Source: Spirochaetia bacterium
GTDB taxonomy: Bacteria > Spirochaetota > Spirochaetia > UBA9216
DNA: 64,000 nt
Direction of reading: 5' to 3'
Assembly: GCA_963675665.1 (NCBI GenBank)
Contig: OY776510.1
Location: 672,001-736,000, forward strand
The translations under genes and the position numbers were made by a program. The notes under the pieces were generated by a model that saw only the letters and a program-made list of their open reading frames with translations, did not search any database and was not told the origin of the DNA. Positions 1 through 10,192 of the stretch are shown piece by piece (position 1 is the first letter of the stretch; every line of letters begins with the position of its first letter).

Positions 1-117
1 GCGAAAGATAACCTGTGTTGAAATAGAGGCTATTACAAGGACTAACAATAAAACAGAATAGAATTCAAAGACCTTGTTTATATAGTTTAAAACCCTTTGA
101 AATTTGAATACTTGCAT
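1..117 (-). CDS. dctQ: TRAP transporter small permease (5' part only; runs off window edge)
   Basis: Manual translation from ATG at 117: MQVFKFQRVLNYINKVFEFYSVLLLVLVIASISTQVIFR, the typical DctQ TM1 ending QVIFR; AGGAAG RBS; directly downstream of dctP. Confidence 0.8.
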   Translation of the reverse strand, partial: MQVFKFQRVLNYINKVFEFYSVLLLVLVIASISTQVIFR

Positions 118-148
118 TGTACAACACTCTTCCTGATAAAAATTATTA

Positions 149-179
149 AAACAGTGGTAATCTGATATTACCACTGTTT
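149..179 (-). terminator. 13-bp stem-loop between dctP and dctQ (mRNA stabiliser or attenuator)
   Basis: AAACAGTGGTAAT-ctgat-ATTACCACTGTTT perfect inverted repeat. Confidence 0.65.
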
Positions 180-218
180 ATTGATATCTATTTATTTTTT
201 TTATAAATTTGGGGGTGC

Positions 219-1238
219 TTACATTTTCTGAATTTCATCAAAAAATTTCTGCTGATCTTCATTAAACCAGTCTTTCAGCCCCTGCATGGCTTTTGCTCTG
301 AAAGCCTCAACATCCGGCTCTACAACTGTCATGCCGAGTTCTTCCAAAGTCGCCAGGGTTTCCGATTCGCTTTTTTCTATCAGTTCATCGTTGTAACGGC
401 CTGCTTCAACTATAGCATCCTTTACAATCTTCTGGTTTTCAGGCGAGAGTTTCTCCAATGATTTCATACTCATATAAACCGTATTTTTGCTGAGTATATG
501 CCCTGTTAAATTCAAATATTTCTGTGCTTCATAAAATTTGTTTAAATGAATAACTCCCACCGGGTTTTCCTGCCCGTCAACAACTCCCTGCTTAAGTGCA
601 AGATACAGATCCGCAAAACTTAAAGGAGTCGGTGATCCGCCGATAACTTCGATTGCTTTTATAAAACCGGGAATATCCGGAGTTCTAATCTTGAGACCGA
701 CAAGATCGTCCGGTGTTTTAACTGGGGTATTCGCCGTTGTTAAATGGCGCATTCCGTAAAACCAGATAGGATCAATAACTGCAATTCCGAGCTGATCTTC
801 CAGATCATCGTACATTTTCTGCATCATATCGGAATGCGCAACCTTATAAGCATGAGCATAATCGCGATACATAAAAGGTCCCATTACGGTATCCCATAAA
901 GGAATATCTGAAAAAGCGGGCGCGCCCGGATCTGTCAGGATTATATCGAGAGAACCCATTAATAAATTCTCATAAATCTGGTGGGAATTACCCATCTGGT
1001 TATTCGGATATAACTGAACCTCTATCTCCCCGTTTGATCTCTCTTCAACCAGTTCCTTAAAATATTCCGCTCCCAAAGTATGAGGATGCCCCATGGGATA
1101 GTGGTGAGCAAATTTCAGCACTGTTACCTTTTTGGCAACCGGCGCATCCGCACTGGTACCATCTTCGCCCTGACCTCCTGCAAATACAGCAACTGTGACA
1201 ATTGACAGAATCATCATCATCAAAAAAAACCGTTTCAT
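219..1238 (-). CDS. dctP: TRAP transporter substrate-binding protein, DctP family (likely uronate/sugar acid)
   Basis: Signal peptide MKRFF...VFAGGQ; motifs GLKIRTP, LYLALKQGVVDGQENP, FYEAQKYL; start at ATG 1238 chosen for its GGAGG RBS (ORF track starts at 1268). Confidence 0.92.
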   Translation of the reverse strand: MKRFFLMMMILSIVTVAVFAGGQGEDGTSADAPVAKKVTVLKFAHHYPMGHPHTLGAEYFKELVEERSNGEIEVQLYPNNQMGNSHQIYENLLMGSLDIILTDPGAPAFSDIPLWDTVMGPFMYRDYAHAYKVAHSDMMQKMYDDLEDQLGIAVIDPIWFYGMRHLTTANTPVKTPDDLVGLKIRTPDIPGFIKAIEVIGGSPTPLSFADLYLALKQGVVDGQENPVGVIHLNKFYEAQKYLNLTGHILSKNTVYMSMKSLEKLSPENQKIVKDAIVEAGRYNDELIEKSESETLATLEELGMTVVEPDVEAFRAKAMQGLKDWFNEDQQKFFDEIQKM

Positions 1239-1256
1239 ACGTCCTCCGTGTTTCTC

Positions 1257-1277
1257 ATTTGAAATCATGTTTCAAAT
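1257..1277. promoter_or_regulatory. KdgR-type operator upstream of dctP
   Basis: ATTTGAAA-TCATG-TTTCAAAT palindrome resembling the KdgR box; lies just downstream of a minus-strand TTGACA(1319-1314)-17-TATGAT(1296-1291) promoter. Confidence 0.75.
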
Positions 1278-1479
1278 CATGTTTTTCATTATCATAAATG
1301 GGAATTATTTTCCTGTCAACAAAAAAACACGATAGTTTTTAATATAGAAAATAACTGATAATTTATATCATATTTTAAATTATTTCTTATCTTATTGTTT
1401 TTATAATATATATCTCACAATATTATTATTAGTAAATACCATATAACAAAAAGTCGTGATAATTTATCCCTAATTATAT

Positions 1480-1536
1480 TTGACAGGAATTTAATCATAT
1501 GATAACATGTTTTTTATATGGAATTGTGTTTCAAAT
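1480..1536 (+). promoter_or_regulatory. sigma70 promoter plus second KdgR-type operator upstream of kduI
   Basis: TTGACA(1480-85)-17-TAACAT(1503-08); ATATGGAATTGTGTTTCAAAT (1516-1536) matches the dctP operator at 17/21 positions. Confidence 0.65.
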
Positions 1537-1649
1537 AAGAAACTTTGTACGCTAATTTCTTTTAATAAATTTTATTGTTCAACATAACTTTTATACCGCA
1601 GCATAAATTACAGTTGCAGTCACTATTTATATTACTTAAGGAGCTTTAA

Positions 1650-2480
1650 ATGGATATAAGATATCCCGCACATCCGGAACACGGAAAAACTATGGACACG
1701 GAGAAACTCAGAAAAGAATTTCTGATTCAGAATCTGTTTGTAAAAGACAAGGTAAATCTAACCTACAGCCATGTAGACAGAATAATAACCGCAGGGATTT
1801 GTCCTGCATCAAAACCTCTATCTCTTGACGGCGGAACTGAACTGGCCAGTGATTTCTTCTTTGAACGTCGTGAAGGCGGGGTTATTAACATTGGCGGAGA
1901 CGGTTTGCTGATTCTTGAGGGCAAATCCTTTGAAATGAAAAAGAACGACGGTTACTATATAGGAATGGGAACAAAAGAGATTTCTTTTTCAAGCAAATCA
2001 GAAGAAGATCCCGCAAAATTCTATCTGCTTTCAGGTCCGGCACATAAGGCATATCCTTCAAAATGGATACCGCTTTCAGAGACAAAGGAAGTGCATCTCG
2101 GCTCCCTGGAAGAATCAAACGAAAGAACAATCCATCAGTATGTACATCCTGCGGTTGTTGAAAGCTGTCAGCTCTGTATGGGCATGACAATTCTGGAACC
2201 CAATTGCATCTGGAACACCATGCCCGTTCACACTCACGAACGCAGAATGGAAGTTTATATGTATTTCAATATGGATGAAGATACCGTTGTATTCCATCTA
2301 ATGGGGACCCCGGACGAAACCAGACATGTCGTAATGCGGAATGAGGAAGCAATAATTTCACCAAGCTGGTCCATACACGCAGGGGCCGGAACCAGGAACT
2401 ATACTTTCATATGGGGTATGGTAGGTGAAAACCAGACATTTACCGATATGGACCATGTCGACATGAAGGATTTAAAATAA
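1650..2480 (+). CDS. kduI: 5-dehydro-4-deoxy-D-glucuronate isomerase
   Basis: YSHVDRI, FFERREGGVINIGG, WNTMPVHTHERRMEVY, SPSWSIH, GENQ motifs. Confidence 0.97.
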   Translation: MDIRYPAHPEHGKTMDTEKLRKEFLIQNLFVKDKVNLTYSHVDRIITAGICPASKPLSLDGGTELASDFFFERREGGVINIGGDGLLILEGKSFEMKKNDGYYIGMGTKEISFSSKSEEDPAKFYLLSGPAHKAYPSKWIPLSETKEVHLGSLEESNERTIHQYVHPAVVESCQLCMGMTILEPNCIWNTMPVHTHERRMEVYMYFNMDEDTVVFHLMGTPDETRHVVMRNEEAIISPSWSIHAGAGTRNYTFIWGMVGENQTFTDMDHVDMKDLK

Positions 2481-2490
2481 GGAGTAAACA

Positions 2491-3249
2491 ATGGCAATAA
2501 GCTTTGATTTAAGTGGAAAAACCGCAATAGTAACCGGATGCAGTACAGGCCTGGGACAGGGAATCTGTCTCGGAATGGCGGACGCGGGGGCAAATGTAGT
2601 AGGTGTTGACTATGTTGATGCACCGGAAACCGAAAAGATGATAAAAGACACAGGCGGTAAATTCCTGGGAATAAAAGCCGACCTTCTGACGATTGAACCT
2701 GTGCAAAGTATAATAGACAAATCTATAGAAACTTTCGGGGAACTCAATATCCTCGTAAACAACGCGGGAATCATCAGACGTGAAGATTCAATCAACTTTT
2801 CAGAAAAAGACTGGGATGATGTCATGAATATCAATATAAAGACTGTGTTCTTTTTCTGCCAGGCTGCTGCAAAACAATTTTTAAAACAGGGGAAAGGCGG
2901 GAAGATAATTAATATAGCATCAATGCTTTCGTTCCAGGGGGGAATCAGGGTCCCGTCATATACCGCTTCAAAAAGCGGCGTAATGGGTCTTACAAGGCTT
3001 CTTGCCTGCGAATGGGCCAAAGACAACATCAATGTTAACGCTATTGCGCCCGGATATATGAATACAAACAATACGGAACAGCTTCGCAAAGATCCCAAAA
3101 GATCTGCTGAAATACTCAGCAGGATTCCTGCCGACAGATGGGGACTGCCTTTTGATGTAGCAGGACCAGCGGTGTTCCTTGCCTCTCCGGCAGCTGATTA
3201 TGTGAACGGATATACTATTGCAGTCGACGGCGGCTGGCTTGCCAGGTAA
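2491..3249 (+). CDS. kduD: 2-dehydro-3-deoxy-D-gluconate 5-dehydrogenase
   Basis: SDR with NNAGIIRR, ASMLSFQGGIRVPSYTASKSG, VDGGWLAR; adjacent to kduI. Confidence 0.96.
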   Translation: MAISFDLSGKTAIVTGCSTGLGQGICLGMADAGANVVGVDYVDAPETEKMIKDTGGKFLGIKADLLTIEPVQSIIDKSIETFGELNILVNNAGIIRREDSINFSEKDWDDVMNINIKTVFFFCQAAAKQFLKQGKGGKIINIASMLSFQGGIRVPSYTASKSGVMGLTRLLACEWAKDNINVNAIAPGYMNTNNTEQLRKDPKRSAEILSRIPADRWGLPFDVAGPAVFLASPAADYVNGYTIAVDGGWLAR

Positions 3250-3336
3250 TCCCTATTAGCGTCCGGCTTCATGCCGGACTTGTTTAATGTTACACGAATA
3301 AAAACTATCACTATTTTTTCATGTATGGAGAACTCC

Positions 3337-4095
3337 ATGGCCATATCATATACAATACCGGTACTTGAAAAGACATTCTCAATAATTAAATGTATATTGG
3401 AAAAAGAGGATGGCATCACCCTCAGTAATATCGTCAAGGAACTTGAAGCTCCGAAGTCCACTGTTTTTAAAATTCTTCATACACTTGAAAACGAATTGAT
3501 TGTTGAGAAAAAGAATGATCGTTATTTTCTGGGAAACATGCTTATTCATTACGGACTGCATACTCTTACACAACGGGATTTAAAAGCGGTAGCAAAACCG
3601 TTTTTAACATCATTAATGGAAAAAACCGGAGAAACAGCCCATTTGACTGTTGAAGTAGGGATGCAGAGCATGGTTCTTGATGTTGTAATAACCAACAATC
3701 CGATTAACTATACATCACCTGTCGGCACTCTTTTCCCGCTGCATTGTACATCACACGGTAAACTTGTTCTGGCACATACCAAAAATTTTTCATTGGATGA
3801 ATATTTTGAAAATAATAAACTGGTTCAGCGCACAGAGAATACGATCACTCTCTTTGAAGATCTTCAGGAGGAAATTGAAATTATCCGTAAACAGGGATAT
3901 TCAATGGACGAAAAAGAATTCGATAACAATATAAGATGTTGTGCTGCTCCAATAAAAGATAATTATGATAATTTTATCGGAACCGTCGGGATTACTTCAA
4001 CAATTATTACCTTTAATAAAAATAGAATTCCTGAAATAGCACAAGAAGTAAAATACGCAGCCCAAAAGATATCTGTTGAAATGGGCTATCAATAA
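3337..4095 (+). CDS. IclR-family transcriptional regulator (KdgR-like)
   Basis: N-terminal HTH (PKSTVFKILHTL), PLHCTSHGK, GYSMDEKE, CCAAPI; start at ATG 3337 after GGAG. Confidence 0.9.
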   Translation: MAISYTIPVLEKTFSIIKCILEKEDGITLSNIVKELEAPKSTVFKILHTLENELIVEKKNDRYFLGNMLIHYGLHTLTQRDLKAVAKPFLTSLMEKTGETAHLTVEVGMQSMVLDVVITNNPINYTSPVGTLFPLHCTSHGKLVLAHTKNFSLDEYFENNKLVQRTENTITLFEDLQEEIEIIRKQGYSMDEKEFDNNIRCCAAPIKDNYDNFIGTVGITSTIITFNKNRIPEIAQEVKYAAQKISVEMGYQ

Positions 4096-4122
4096 TATCA
4101 GCTTATTTCAGATATCCATATT

Positions 4123-4150
4123 AAAAACCGCCCGACACAATGTCGGACGG
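4123..4150 (-). terminator. Rho-independent terminator of tkt
   Basis: CCGCCCGACA-caa-TGTCGGACGG stem followed by a T-run on the minus strand, between convergent genes. Confidence 0.7.
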
Positions 4151-4173
4151 CTATAAACTTGTTTGATTATTTT

Positions 4174-6144
4174 TTATCTTTCTATTACGGCTTTCAAATC
4201 CGAGGCTGCAAACCCCAGGTGCTCGGCAACCTTTGTTGCCGGTCCTGATTCGCCGAAACGATCAATGCTGAAAATATCATCGCTTGATGTGGCAAGCTTT
4301 TCCCATCCGTAAGAAACGCCTGCTTCGGCAGTTACAACCCGAACTCCCGCAGGTATAATACTCTCGCGGAAAGCCTTGTCCTGTGAAAGAAATGTATTAA
4401 GATCTGCAATTGAAACGATCCTGACTTTCTTCGAAGAACCTTTAACTGCGTCAAGCGCAAGGTTTACTTCCGAACCGGTTGCAGCAACTACCACGTCCGG
4501 TTTGCCGTCGCAGTCTTTTACAACATAGGCGCCTTTTCGCATATTTGTCTTCCAGTTCGGATCAGCTTTTTCAAATACGGTAAGGTTCTGTCGGGTTAAA
4601 GCAAGCGCCGTCGGCTTATCGGTGGTTTCGGCAGCCATCTGCCATGCAACATTCGTCTCTTCACCGTCGGCCGGTCTAAGGACCTGAAGGTTAGGAATTA
4701 TTCTCATTGAAGCCATATGTTCGATCGGCTGATGCGTCGGCCCGTCCTCTCCGACAAAGATTGAATCGTGGGTAAAAACCCAGATCGACGGAATACCCAT
4801 AAGCGCCGACAATCTGACTGCCGGCCGCATATAATCGACAAAAACAAGAAAGGTCGAACCGTAACTGCGAAGCCCGCCGTGAAGGACCATTCCGTTTACA
4901 ACGCCTCCCATGCCGTGCTCGCGAATACCGAAATGGAAATTGCGTCCGCTGCGATCTGATGCCGAGTAGTCGCCTTTTCCTTTAAGCGTGGTCTTGTTTG
5001 ACGGACCGAGGTCGGCCGAACCGCCGAAGAGATTCGGCATAACTTCAGCTACCGCGTTTATTGCCTTTTCCCCGGAAGATCGAGTGGCTATGCTGTCGCC
5101 GACTTTGTATTCCGGCATGGCGCTGTCCGCAACGGCTACTCCGTCTGCAAACCAGGCGTCCCATTCGGCCTTGAGATCTTTATTGGCGGCAGCCCATGCC
5201 TCAAATGTCGAATTCCATTCAGTATAGGTTTTAGCGCATTTTCCCCTGACCGTCTTAAAATATTCGATTGCCGCCGGATCAACATAGAACTCCTGATCAA
5301 CAGGTATTCCGAGTTTTTCCCGGGTGGCCCTGATTTCTTCAACTCCGAGGGGCGCCCCGTGGGTGTTGTGACTGCCTTCCATTGTGGCGGCCCCTTTTCC
5401 GATAATCCCCTTCATGATAATCATCGTCGGTTTTTTTGTTTCCGCTTTTGCATCGGCAACAAGTCCGGCCAGCTGTTCCGCATCAAAGGCGTCTCCGTTC
5501 AGAACCTGCCAACCGTATGATTCGAACCTTTTCCCGACATCTTCAGAGAAAGCAATACCTGTTTCCCCCTCAATTGTAATCCGGTTTGAGTCATAAAACA
5601 GAATCAGCTTGCCGAGGCCCAAATGTCCGGCAAGAGACGCAGCCTCTGAAGCTACGCCTTCCATCATGCAGCCGTCGCCGTTTATTGCATAAGTGTAGTG
5701 GTCTATTACTTTATGATCGGCAGTGTTGAATTTTTCTGCGAGGATGGTTTCGGCTATCGCCATACCGACAGCGTTGCTGATTCCGGCGCCAAGCGGCCCG
5801 GTAGTTGTATCAACCCCGTCGGTAAAACCGTATTCCGGGTGTCCGGGAGTATTTGAACCGATCTGTCTGAAGTTTTTCAAATCATCGAGCGAGACCTTGT
5901 ATCCGGCCAGATGCAGTATTGAATATATAAGCATTGATCCGTGACCGGCCGATAAAACAAATCTGTCCCTGTCAATCCATTTCGAGTCGGCAGGATTGTG
6001 CTTCATTATTTCGCCGTAAAGCAACGATGCTATTTCAGCATTGCCCATGGGCATTCCCGGATGTCCGGAGTTAGCCTTCTGTACGCCGTCCATCGACAGA
6101 GCCCTGATGCTCTTCGCGGACGCTTTAATTCCTTCCAAATTCAT
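4174..6144 (-). CDS. tkt: Transketolase
   Basis: SGHPG, RDRFVLSAGH, TTGPLG, GDGCMMEG, FGIREH, THDSIFVGEDGPTHQP. Confidence 0.98.
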   Translation of the reverse strand: MNLEGIKASAKSIRALSMDGVQKANSGHPGMPMGNAEIASLLYGEIMKHNPADSKWIDRDRFVLSAGHGSMLIYSILHLAGYKVSLDDLKNFRQIGSNTPGHPEYGFTDGVDTTTGPLGAGISNAVGMAIAETILAEKFNTADHKVIDHYTYAINGDGCMMEGVASEAASLAGHLGLGKLILFYDSNRITIEGETGIAFSEDVGKRFESYGWQVLNGDAFDAEQLAGLVADAKAETKKPTMIIMKGIIGKGAATMEGSHNTHGAPLGVEEIRATREKLGIPVDQEFYVDPAAIEYFKTVRGKCAKTYTEWNSTFEAWAAANKDLKAEWDAWFADGVAVADSAMPEYKVGDSIATRSSGEKAINAVAEVMPNLFGGSADLGPSNKTTLKGKGDYSASDRSGRNFHFGIREHGMGGVVNGMVLHGGLRSYGSTFLVFVDYMRPAVRLSALMGIPSIWVFTHDSIFVGEDGPTHQPIEHMASMRIIPNLQVLRPADGEETNVAWQMAAETTDKPTALALTRQNLTVFEKADPNWKTNMRKGAYVVKDCDGKPDVVVAATGSEVNLALDAVKGSSKKVRIVSIADLNTFLSQDKAFRESIIPAGVRVVTAEAGVSYGWEKLATSSDDIFSIDRFGESGPATKVAEHLGFAASDLKAVIER

Positions 6145-6259
6145 TTTTTACCCCTTTTAACGAAACGAATAACCCGGAATACGGCCCATCCGCTTCGTTA
6201 ACAATCATGTTGACTTTAAAAACTGCCGTCTTTAAAGATTTAAATTCATTTAACCGGCA

Positions 6260-8326
6260 TTAAACGGGCTGCGCTTCTTTTTTCATCATAACTGCCGCAG
6301 TCGGACAGACTTTAACGCATTCGCCGCAGCCGTCGCAGGTTGTATTAACAAGAGATTTTCCGAACGGCGCCCTCATCCTGGTTACAAAACCGCGGTTTAC
6401 GTATGCAAGGACATCAAGGCCCTTGATTTCAGCACAGGCCCTGACACAGTTGCCGCAGTTGATACATTTACTGAATTCCATCTTTACAAGTTCATGGCTT
6501 TTATCAACTTCGTATTCGCGTCTTTCTCCGCCGAAATAATTCTGATCCGCCCCGTATCGGGTTGCATAATCACGAAGCTTGCAATCGTCTGCAGCGTCGC
6601 ATCCGCATTTCAGGCATCGCTCAGCTTCTTTTCGGGCGGCTTCGACAGAAAAGCCTGTTTCAATTTCAGTAAATGTTGAAACACGGACATCATCGGTAAT
6701 TTCAGGCATTACAACCTTGTCCTGCTTTTCTACGTCTTCAAATAATTTTTCGCTTACGTCTTTTAATTCACCCATCCGGGAGTTGAAAAGTTCTTTTTCT
6801 CCGACGACTTTTTCGCCTTTCAGATACTGATCCATTGAGACGGCAGCCTTTCTTCCGGCGCCTACGGCCCTGACTGCAATATCGGCACCGGTCTGACAGT
6901 CGCCGCATGTAAAAATTCCCGGGCGGTTGGTCATAAAGGTTTTTTCATCGCAAAGGACAGTTCCCCATCTTGTAAGCTCAACGCCTATTTCATCTACAAA
7001 ATCAGCCTTGACCTTCTGACCGATAGCGGCGATAACCGAACTTACCTTTATCTTGTACCCGGACCCTTCAACCGGAACCGGGCGTCTTCTGCCGCTGGCA
7101 TCAGGCTCACCGAGTTCCATTTTAATACATTCAACAACAAGCTCGCTGCCTGATTTCTCAATGGCCGTCGGAGCGTTAAGGTATTCGATTTTAACACCTT
7201 CATGAAGCGCTTCATCAATTTCCCATTCGCTTGCAGGCATTTCAGCGCGGGTCCGGCGATAAAGAATTGTTACGTCGGCGCCCTTCCTGATTGCCGAACG
7301 GGCGGCATCAATGGCAGTATTTCCTCCGCCTATAACAACAACTTTGTTTCCTATTTCAGGTTCTTCACCCTCGGCAAGTTTTCCAAGGTAATCGATTCCG
7401 GAATATACACCTTCAAGGTCCTCTCCAGGCACACGGGCTGAAGAAGCAGCCTGGGCGCCTACAGCAATCAGCAGTGAATCGAAACCTGTTTCAAGTTCCT
7501 TGACGCTGATATCTTTTCCCACCTCGTTTTCGTATTTTACTTCAACGCCAAGTTTTTCAACATCTCCGAACTGATCATTGAGAACATCGTCCGGCAGGCG
7601 GTAATACGGTATGCCGTAACGAAGCATTCCGCCGGATTTTTTATGCGCTTCAAACACGGTAACATCATGACCCTGCAACCTTAAAAAATAAGCTGCCGTC
7701 ATACCGGCAGGACCGGCGCCTATGATTGCCACCTTTTTACCGGTTGGAGCGCCGACCGGCGGCAGATCGCGCTTTCCGTCGAGTTCATTGTACTCATAGT
7801 CGGAAATATAGCGCTTCATGTAGCAGATCGACATTGAATCTTCAACGCGGTTTCTTCGGCATGCATCCTCGCAGGGCCTGGGACAGATGCGTCCGAGCGC
7901 TCCGCCTATGGGTGCTTTTTCACGTATAAGCTTTGCAGCCTCAAGTTCCTTTCCTTCGGCGACAAGCGACATAAAACCTTTAATATCAATTGACGCCGGG
8001 CAGGCGTCCTCACAGGGCGGCAGACAGTCTCCGCAATGATCTGAAAGAAGCAGGTTCAGACACATCCGTCTGGCTGCGTCGATTTCTTCCGATTCCACCG
8101 TTACGGTCATTCCGTCGCGGACCTTTGTTGAACAGGACGGCACAAGATTTCCCTTTCCACCTTCAACCTTTACCGCACAGATAAAACAGCTTGTGAACGG
8201 CTTCAGATTCTCCGAATGGCAAAAGGTCGGCAGGTCAAACCCTGCTTTCCGTGCAGCATCCAGAATCGTGGAGTCTGCTTCAACCTGTACATCTATATTG
8301 TTAATCTTTACTGTAACTTCAGACAT
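6260..8326 (-). CDS. FAD/Fe-S NAD(P)H oxidoreductase: NuoG-like 2Fe-2S + GltD/NfnB-like domain + C-terminal 4Fe-4S domains (catalytic subunit of a HydABC/Bfu-type complex)
   Basis: PTFC..SCFICAV..PSC (2Fe-2S); PCEDACP, GRICPRPCEDAC, GAGPAG, GGMLRYGIP, GGGNTAID, YRR; C-terminal CINCGNCVRAC and CDGCGECVKVCP; no H-cluster or molybdopterin domain. Confidence 0.85.
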   Translation of the reverse strand: MSEVTVKINNIDVQVEADSTILDAARKAGFDLPTFCHSENLKPFTSCFICAVKVEGGKGNLVPSCSTKVRDGMTVTVESEEIDAARRMCLNLLLSDHCGDCLPPCEDACPASIDIKGFMSLVAEGKELEAAKLIREKAPIGGALGRICPRPCEDACRRNRVEDSMSICYMKRYISDYEYNELDGKRDLPPVGAPTGKKVAIIGAGPAGMTAAYFLRLQGHDVTVFEAHKKSGGMLRYGIPYYRLPDDVLNDQFGDVEKLGVEVKYENEVGKDISVKELETGFDSLLIAVGAQAASSARVPGEDLEGVYSGIDYLGKLAEGEEPEIGNKVVVIGGGNTAIDAARSAIRKGADVTILYRRTRAEMPASEWEIDEALHEGVKIEYLNAPTAIEKSGSELVVECIKMELGEPDASGRRRPVPVEGSGYKIKVSSVIAAIGQKVKADFVDEIGVELTRWGTVLCDEKTFMTNRPGIFTCGDCQTGADIAVRAVGAGRKAAVSMDQYLKGEKVVGEKELFNSRMGELKDVSEKLFEDVEKQDKVVMPEITDDVRVSTFTEIETGFSVEAARKEAERCLKCGCDAADDCKLRDYATRYGADQNYFGGERREYEVDKSHELVKMEFSKCINCGNCVRACAEIKGLDVLAYVNRGFVTRMRAPFGKSLVNTTCDGCGECVKVCPTAAVMMKKEAQPV

Positions 8327-8374
8327 ATTATTACTCCCAAATAATCATTCTGCCACGATGGCAGATTATTGAAA

Positions 8375-8404
8375 TGAAGTTTGACAAACGATTGTCAAAC
8401 TTCA
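8375..8404. other. 13-bp perfect inverted repeat inside the oxidoreductase operon
   Basis: TGAAGTTTGACAA-acga-TTGTCAAACTTCA; a second imperfect hairpin lies at about 8340-8370. Confidence 0.55.
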
Positions 8405-8434
8405 AAATAATAAAAGTACAGGGAAGTACTTTTA

Positions 8435-10192
8435 TTATTCAATATCTATCGCATCAAATTTACATGTATCACGGCAGATTCCGCATTTAACACATTTTTC
8501 CTGGTCGATAATATGAACTTCTTTCCGTTCGCCGCTTATGCAGTTGGTCGGACAGGCCTTTGCACATGCTGTACAGCCGATACATTTATCCGGGTTAATG
8601 GTGAACTTTATCAGCGGTTTGCAGACTCCGGCAGGACATTTCTTGTCAAGGATATGAGCTTCATATTCATCCCTGAAGTATTTCAGGGTAGTCAGAACAG
8701 GGTTCGGCGCAAGCTGGCCCAGACCGCAAAGCGAGGTCTTGTTGACATGGCCGGCAAGTTCTTCAAGAAGACTTAAATCGCTCTCGACGCCTTTGCCTTC
8801 GGTAATTCTTGTCAGAATTTCCATCATCCTTTTGGTCCCGATTCGGCAAAACGTACATTTTCCGCAGCTTTCCTTCTGGGTAAAAGCCAGGAAATACTGT
8901 GCAACGTCAACCATACATGTCTGATCATCCATAACAACCATTCCGCCCGAACCCATAATGGCCCCGGTTGCATTGATTGAATCATAATCAATCGGCGTAT
9001 CGAACAGTCTTTCAGGTATACATCCGCCGGCGGGACCGCCCATCTGCACAGCCTTGATTGGTCTGCCGGTTGAGCTTCCGCCGCCTATTTCCTCGACGAT
9101 TTCGCGGATGGTAATACCCATGGGCACTTCGACAAGACCTACGCGTTTTATTTTCCCGGCAAGTGCAAACACCTTTGTGCCGACGCTGCTTCCGTAACTG
9201 TATTTGTTAAAAGCCTCGGGCCCTTCCCTCATTATAAATGGAACATTCGCGTATGTTTCAACATTGTTGATATTGGTCGGTTTGCGGTTTATACCCGCTT
9301 CCGCCGGGAAAGGAGGTCTTAAGGCGGGCATTCCGCGGCGGCCTTCGATTGAAGCCATCAGCGCGGTTTCTTCTCCGCAGACAAAGGCTCCGGCTCCTTC
9401 TTTTACCTTTAAATGGAACGAAAACCCCGTTCCCTGAATATTGTCGCCAAGCAGGTTCTTTTCAATAGCCGCATTAATTGCGATTTTCAAACGCTTGATT
9501 GCCAGCGGATATTCCGCACGGCAATAAACATATCCCAGAGTAGCTCCGGTTGCATATGCGGCGGTCAGCATTCCTTCAATTACAGCATGAGGATCTCCCT
9601 CGAGGACTGCCCTGTCCATAAAGGCTCCGGGATCACCCTCATCAGCATTACAGACAAGATATTTAGGCTCATTTTTCGCGCCTGCAAGAAAGGACCACTT
9701 CATTCCCGTGGTAAATCCGGCTCCTCCGCGTCCTCTCAGGCCCGATACTTTTACAGCCTCAATAACCTCTTCGGGCTTCATGGAACTGATCGCCTTCTTT
9801 ATTCCGTCGTAACCGCCGGCGGCGAGATATTCGTCAATACTTTCCGGGTTAATTACGCCGCAGTTTTTCAGTGCTATTTTGACCTGGCGTTCCAGGTATT
9901 TTTTACCGGAATCTTCTTCCTTGATCCGGTTTTCCGCCGGAAGCCCGCTTCCGGTTTTTACCGCATCTACCAGCTTTTCGGTGAATTTGGAATCCACATT
10001 CCCGAACATTATTCTGCCGGCGTCCGATTCCACTTCAACTATCGGTTCGGCGTAGCACATTCCCACACAGGAGGTCATGCATAATTCAACGTCGAGATCA
10101 GCCTTCTCCAGCTGCTCATATACAGCTTTGGCTCCGGCGGCAATACCGCAGGAACCCATTCCTACTATTACCCTGCTATTCCCCATCTGCAT
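8435..10192 (-). CDS. NuoF/HydB-like FMN, NADH-binding Fe-S subunit
   Basis: SGLRGRGGAGF, CNADEGDPGAFMDR, GAGAFVCGEETAL, ESCGKCTFCRIG, C-terminal 2x4Fe-4S, N-terminal thioredoxin-like 2Fe-2S. Confidence 0.93.
   Translation of the reverse strand: MQMGNSRVIVGMGSCGIAAGAKAVYEQLEKADLDVELCMTSCVGMCYAEPIVEVESDAGRIMFGNVDSKFTEKLVDAVKTGSGLPAENRIKEEDSGKKYLERQVKIALKNCGVINPESIDEYLAAGGYDGIKKAISSMKPEEVIEAVKVSGLRGRGGAGFTTGMKWSFLAGAKNEPKYLVCNADEGDPGAFMDRAVLEGDPHAVIEGMLTAAYATGATLGYVYCRAEYPLAIKRLKIAINAAIEKNLLGDNIQGTGFSFHLKVKEGAGAFVCGEETALMASIEGRRGMPALRPPFPAEAGINRKPTNINNVETYANVPFIMREGPEAFNKYSYGSSVGTKVFALAGKIKRVGLVEVPMGITIREIVEEIGGGSSTGRPIKAVQMGGPAGGCIPERLFDTPIDYDSINATGAIMGSGGMVVMDDQTCMVDVAQYFLAFTQKESCGKCTFCRIGTKRMMEILTRITEGKGVESDLSLLEELAGHVNKTSLCGLGQLAPNPVLTTLKYFRDEYEAHILDKKCPAGVCKPLIKFTINPDKCIGCTACAKACPTNCISGERKEVHIIDQEKCVKCGICRDTCKFDAIDIE

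Noticed and set aside
6260-8326. [FeFe]-hydrogenase HydA, formate dehydrogenase or complex I NuoG
   Set aside because: No H-cluster motifs (TSCCP, MPC, EXMXCXXGC), no molybdopterin domain and no membrane nuo genes nearby.
9413-10084. Long antisense/alternate-frame ORFs (also 11064-11777, 27261-27866, 34826-35581, 39437-40129, 42578-43156)
   Set aside because: All lie wholly or almost wholly within well-supported genes on the opposite strand and show no protein-family features.
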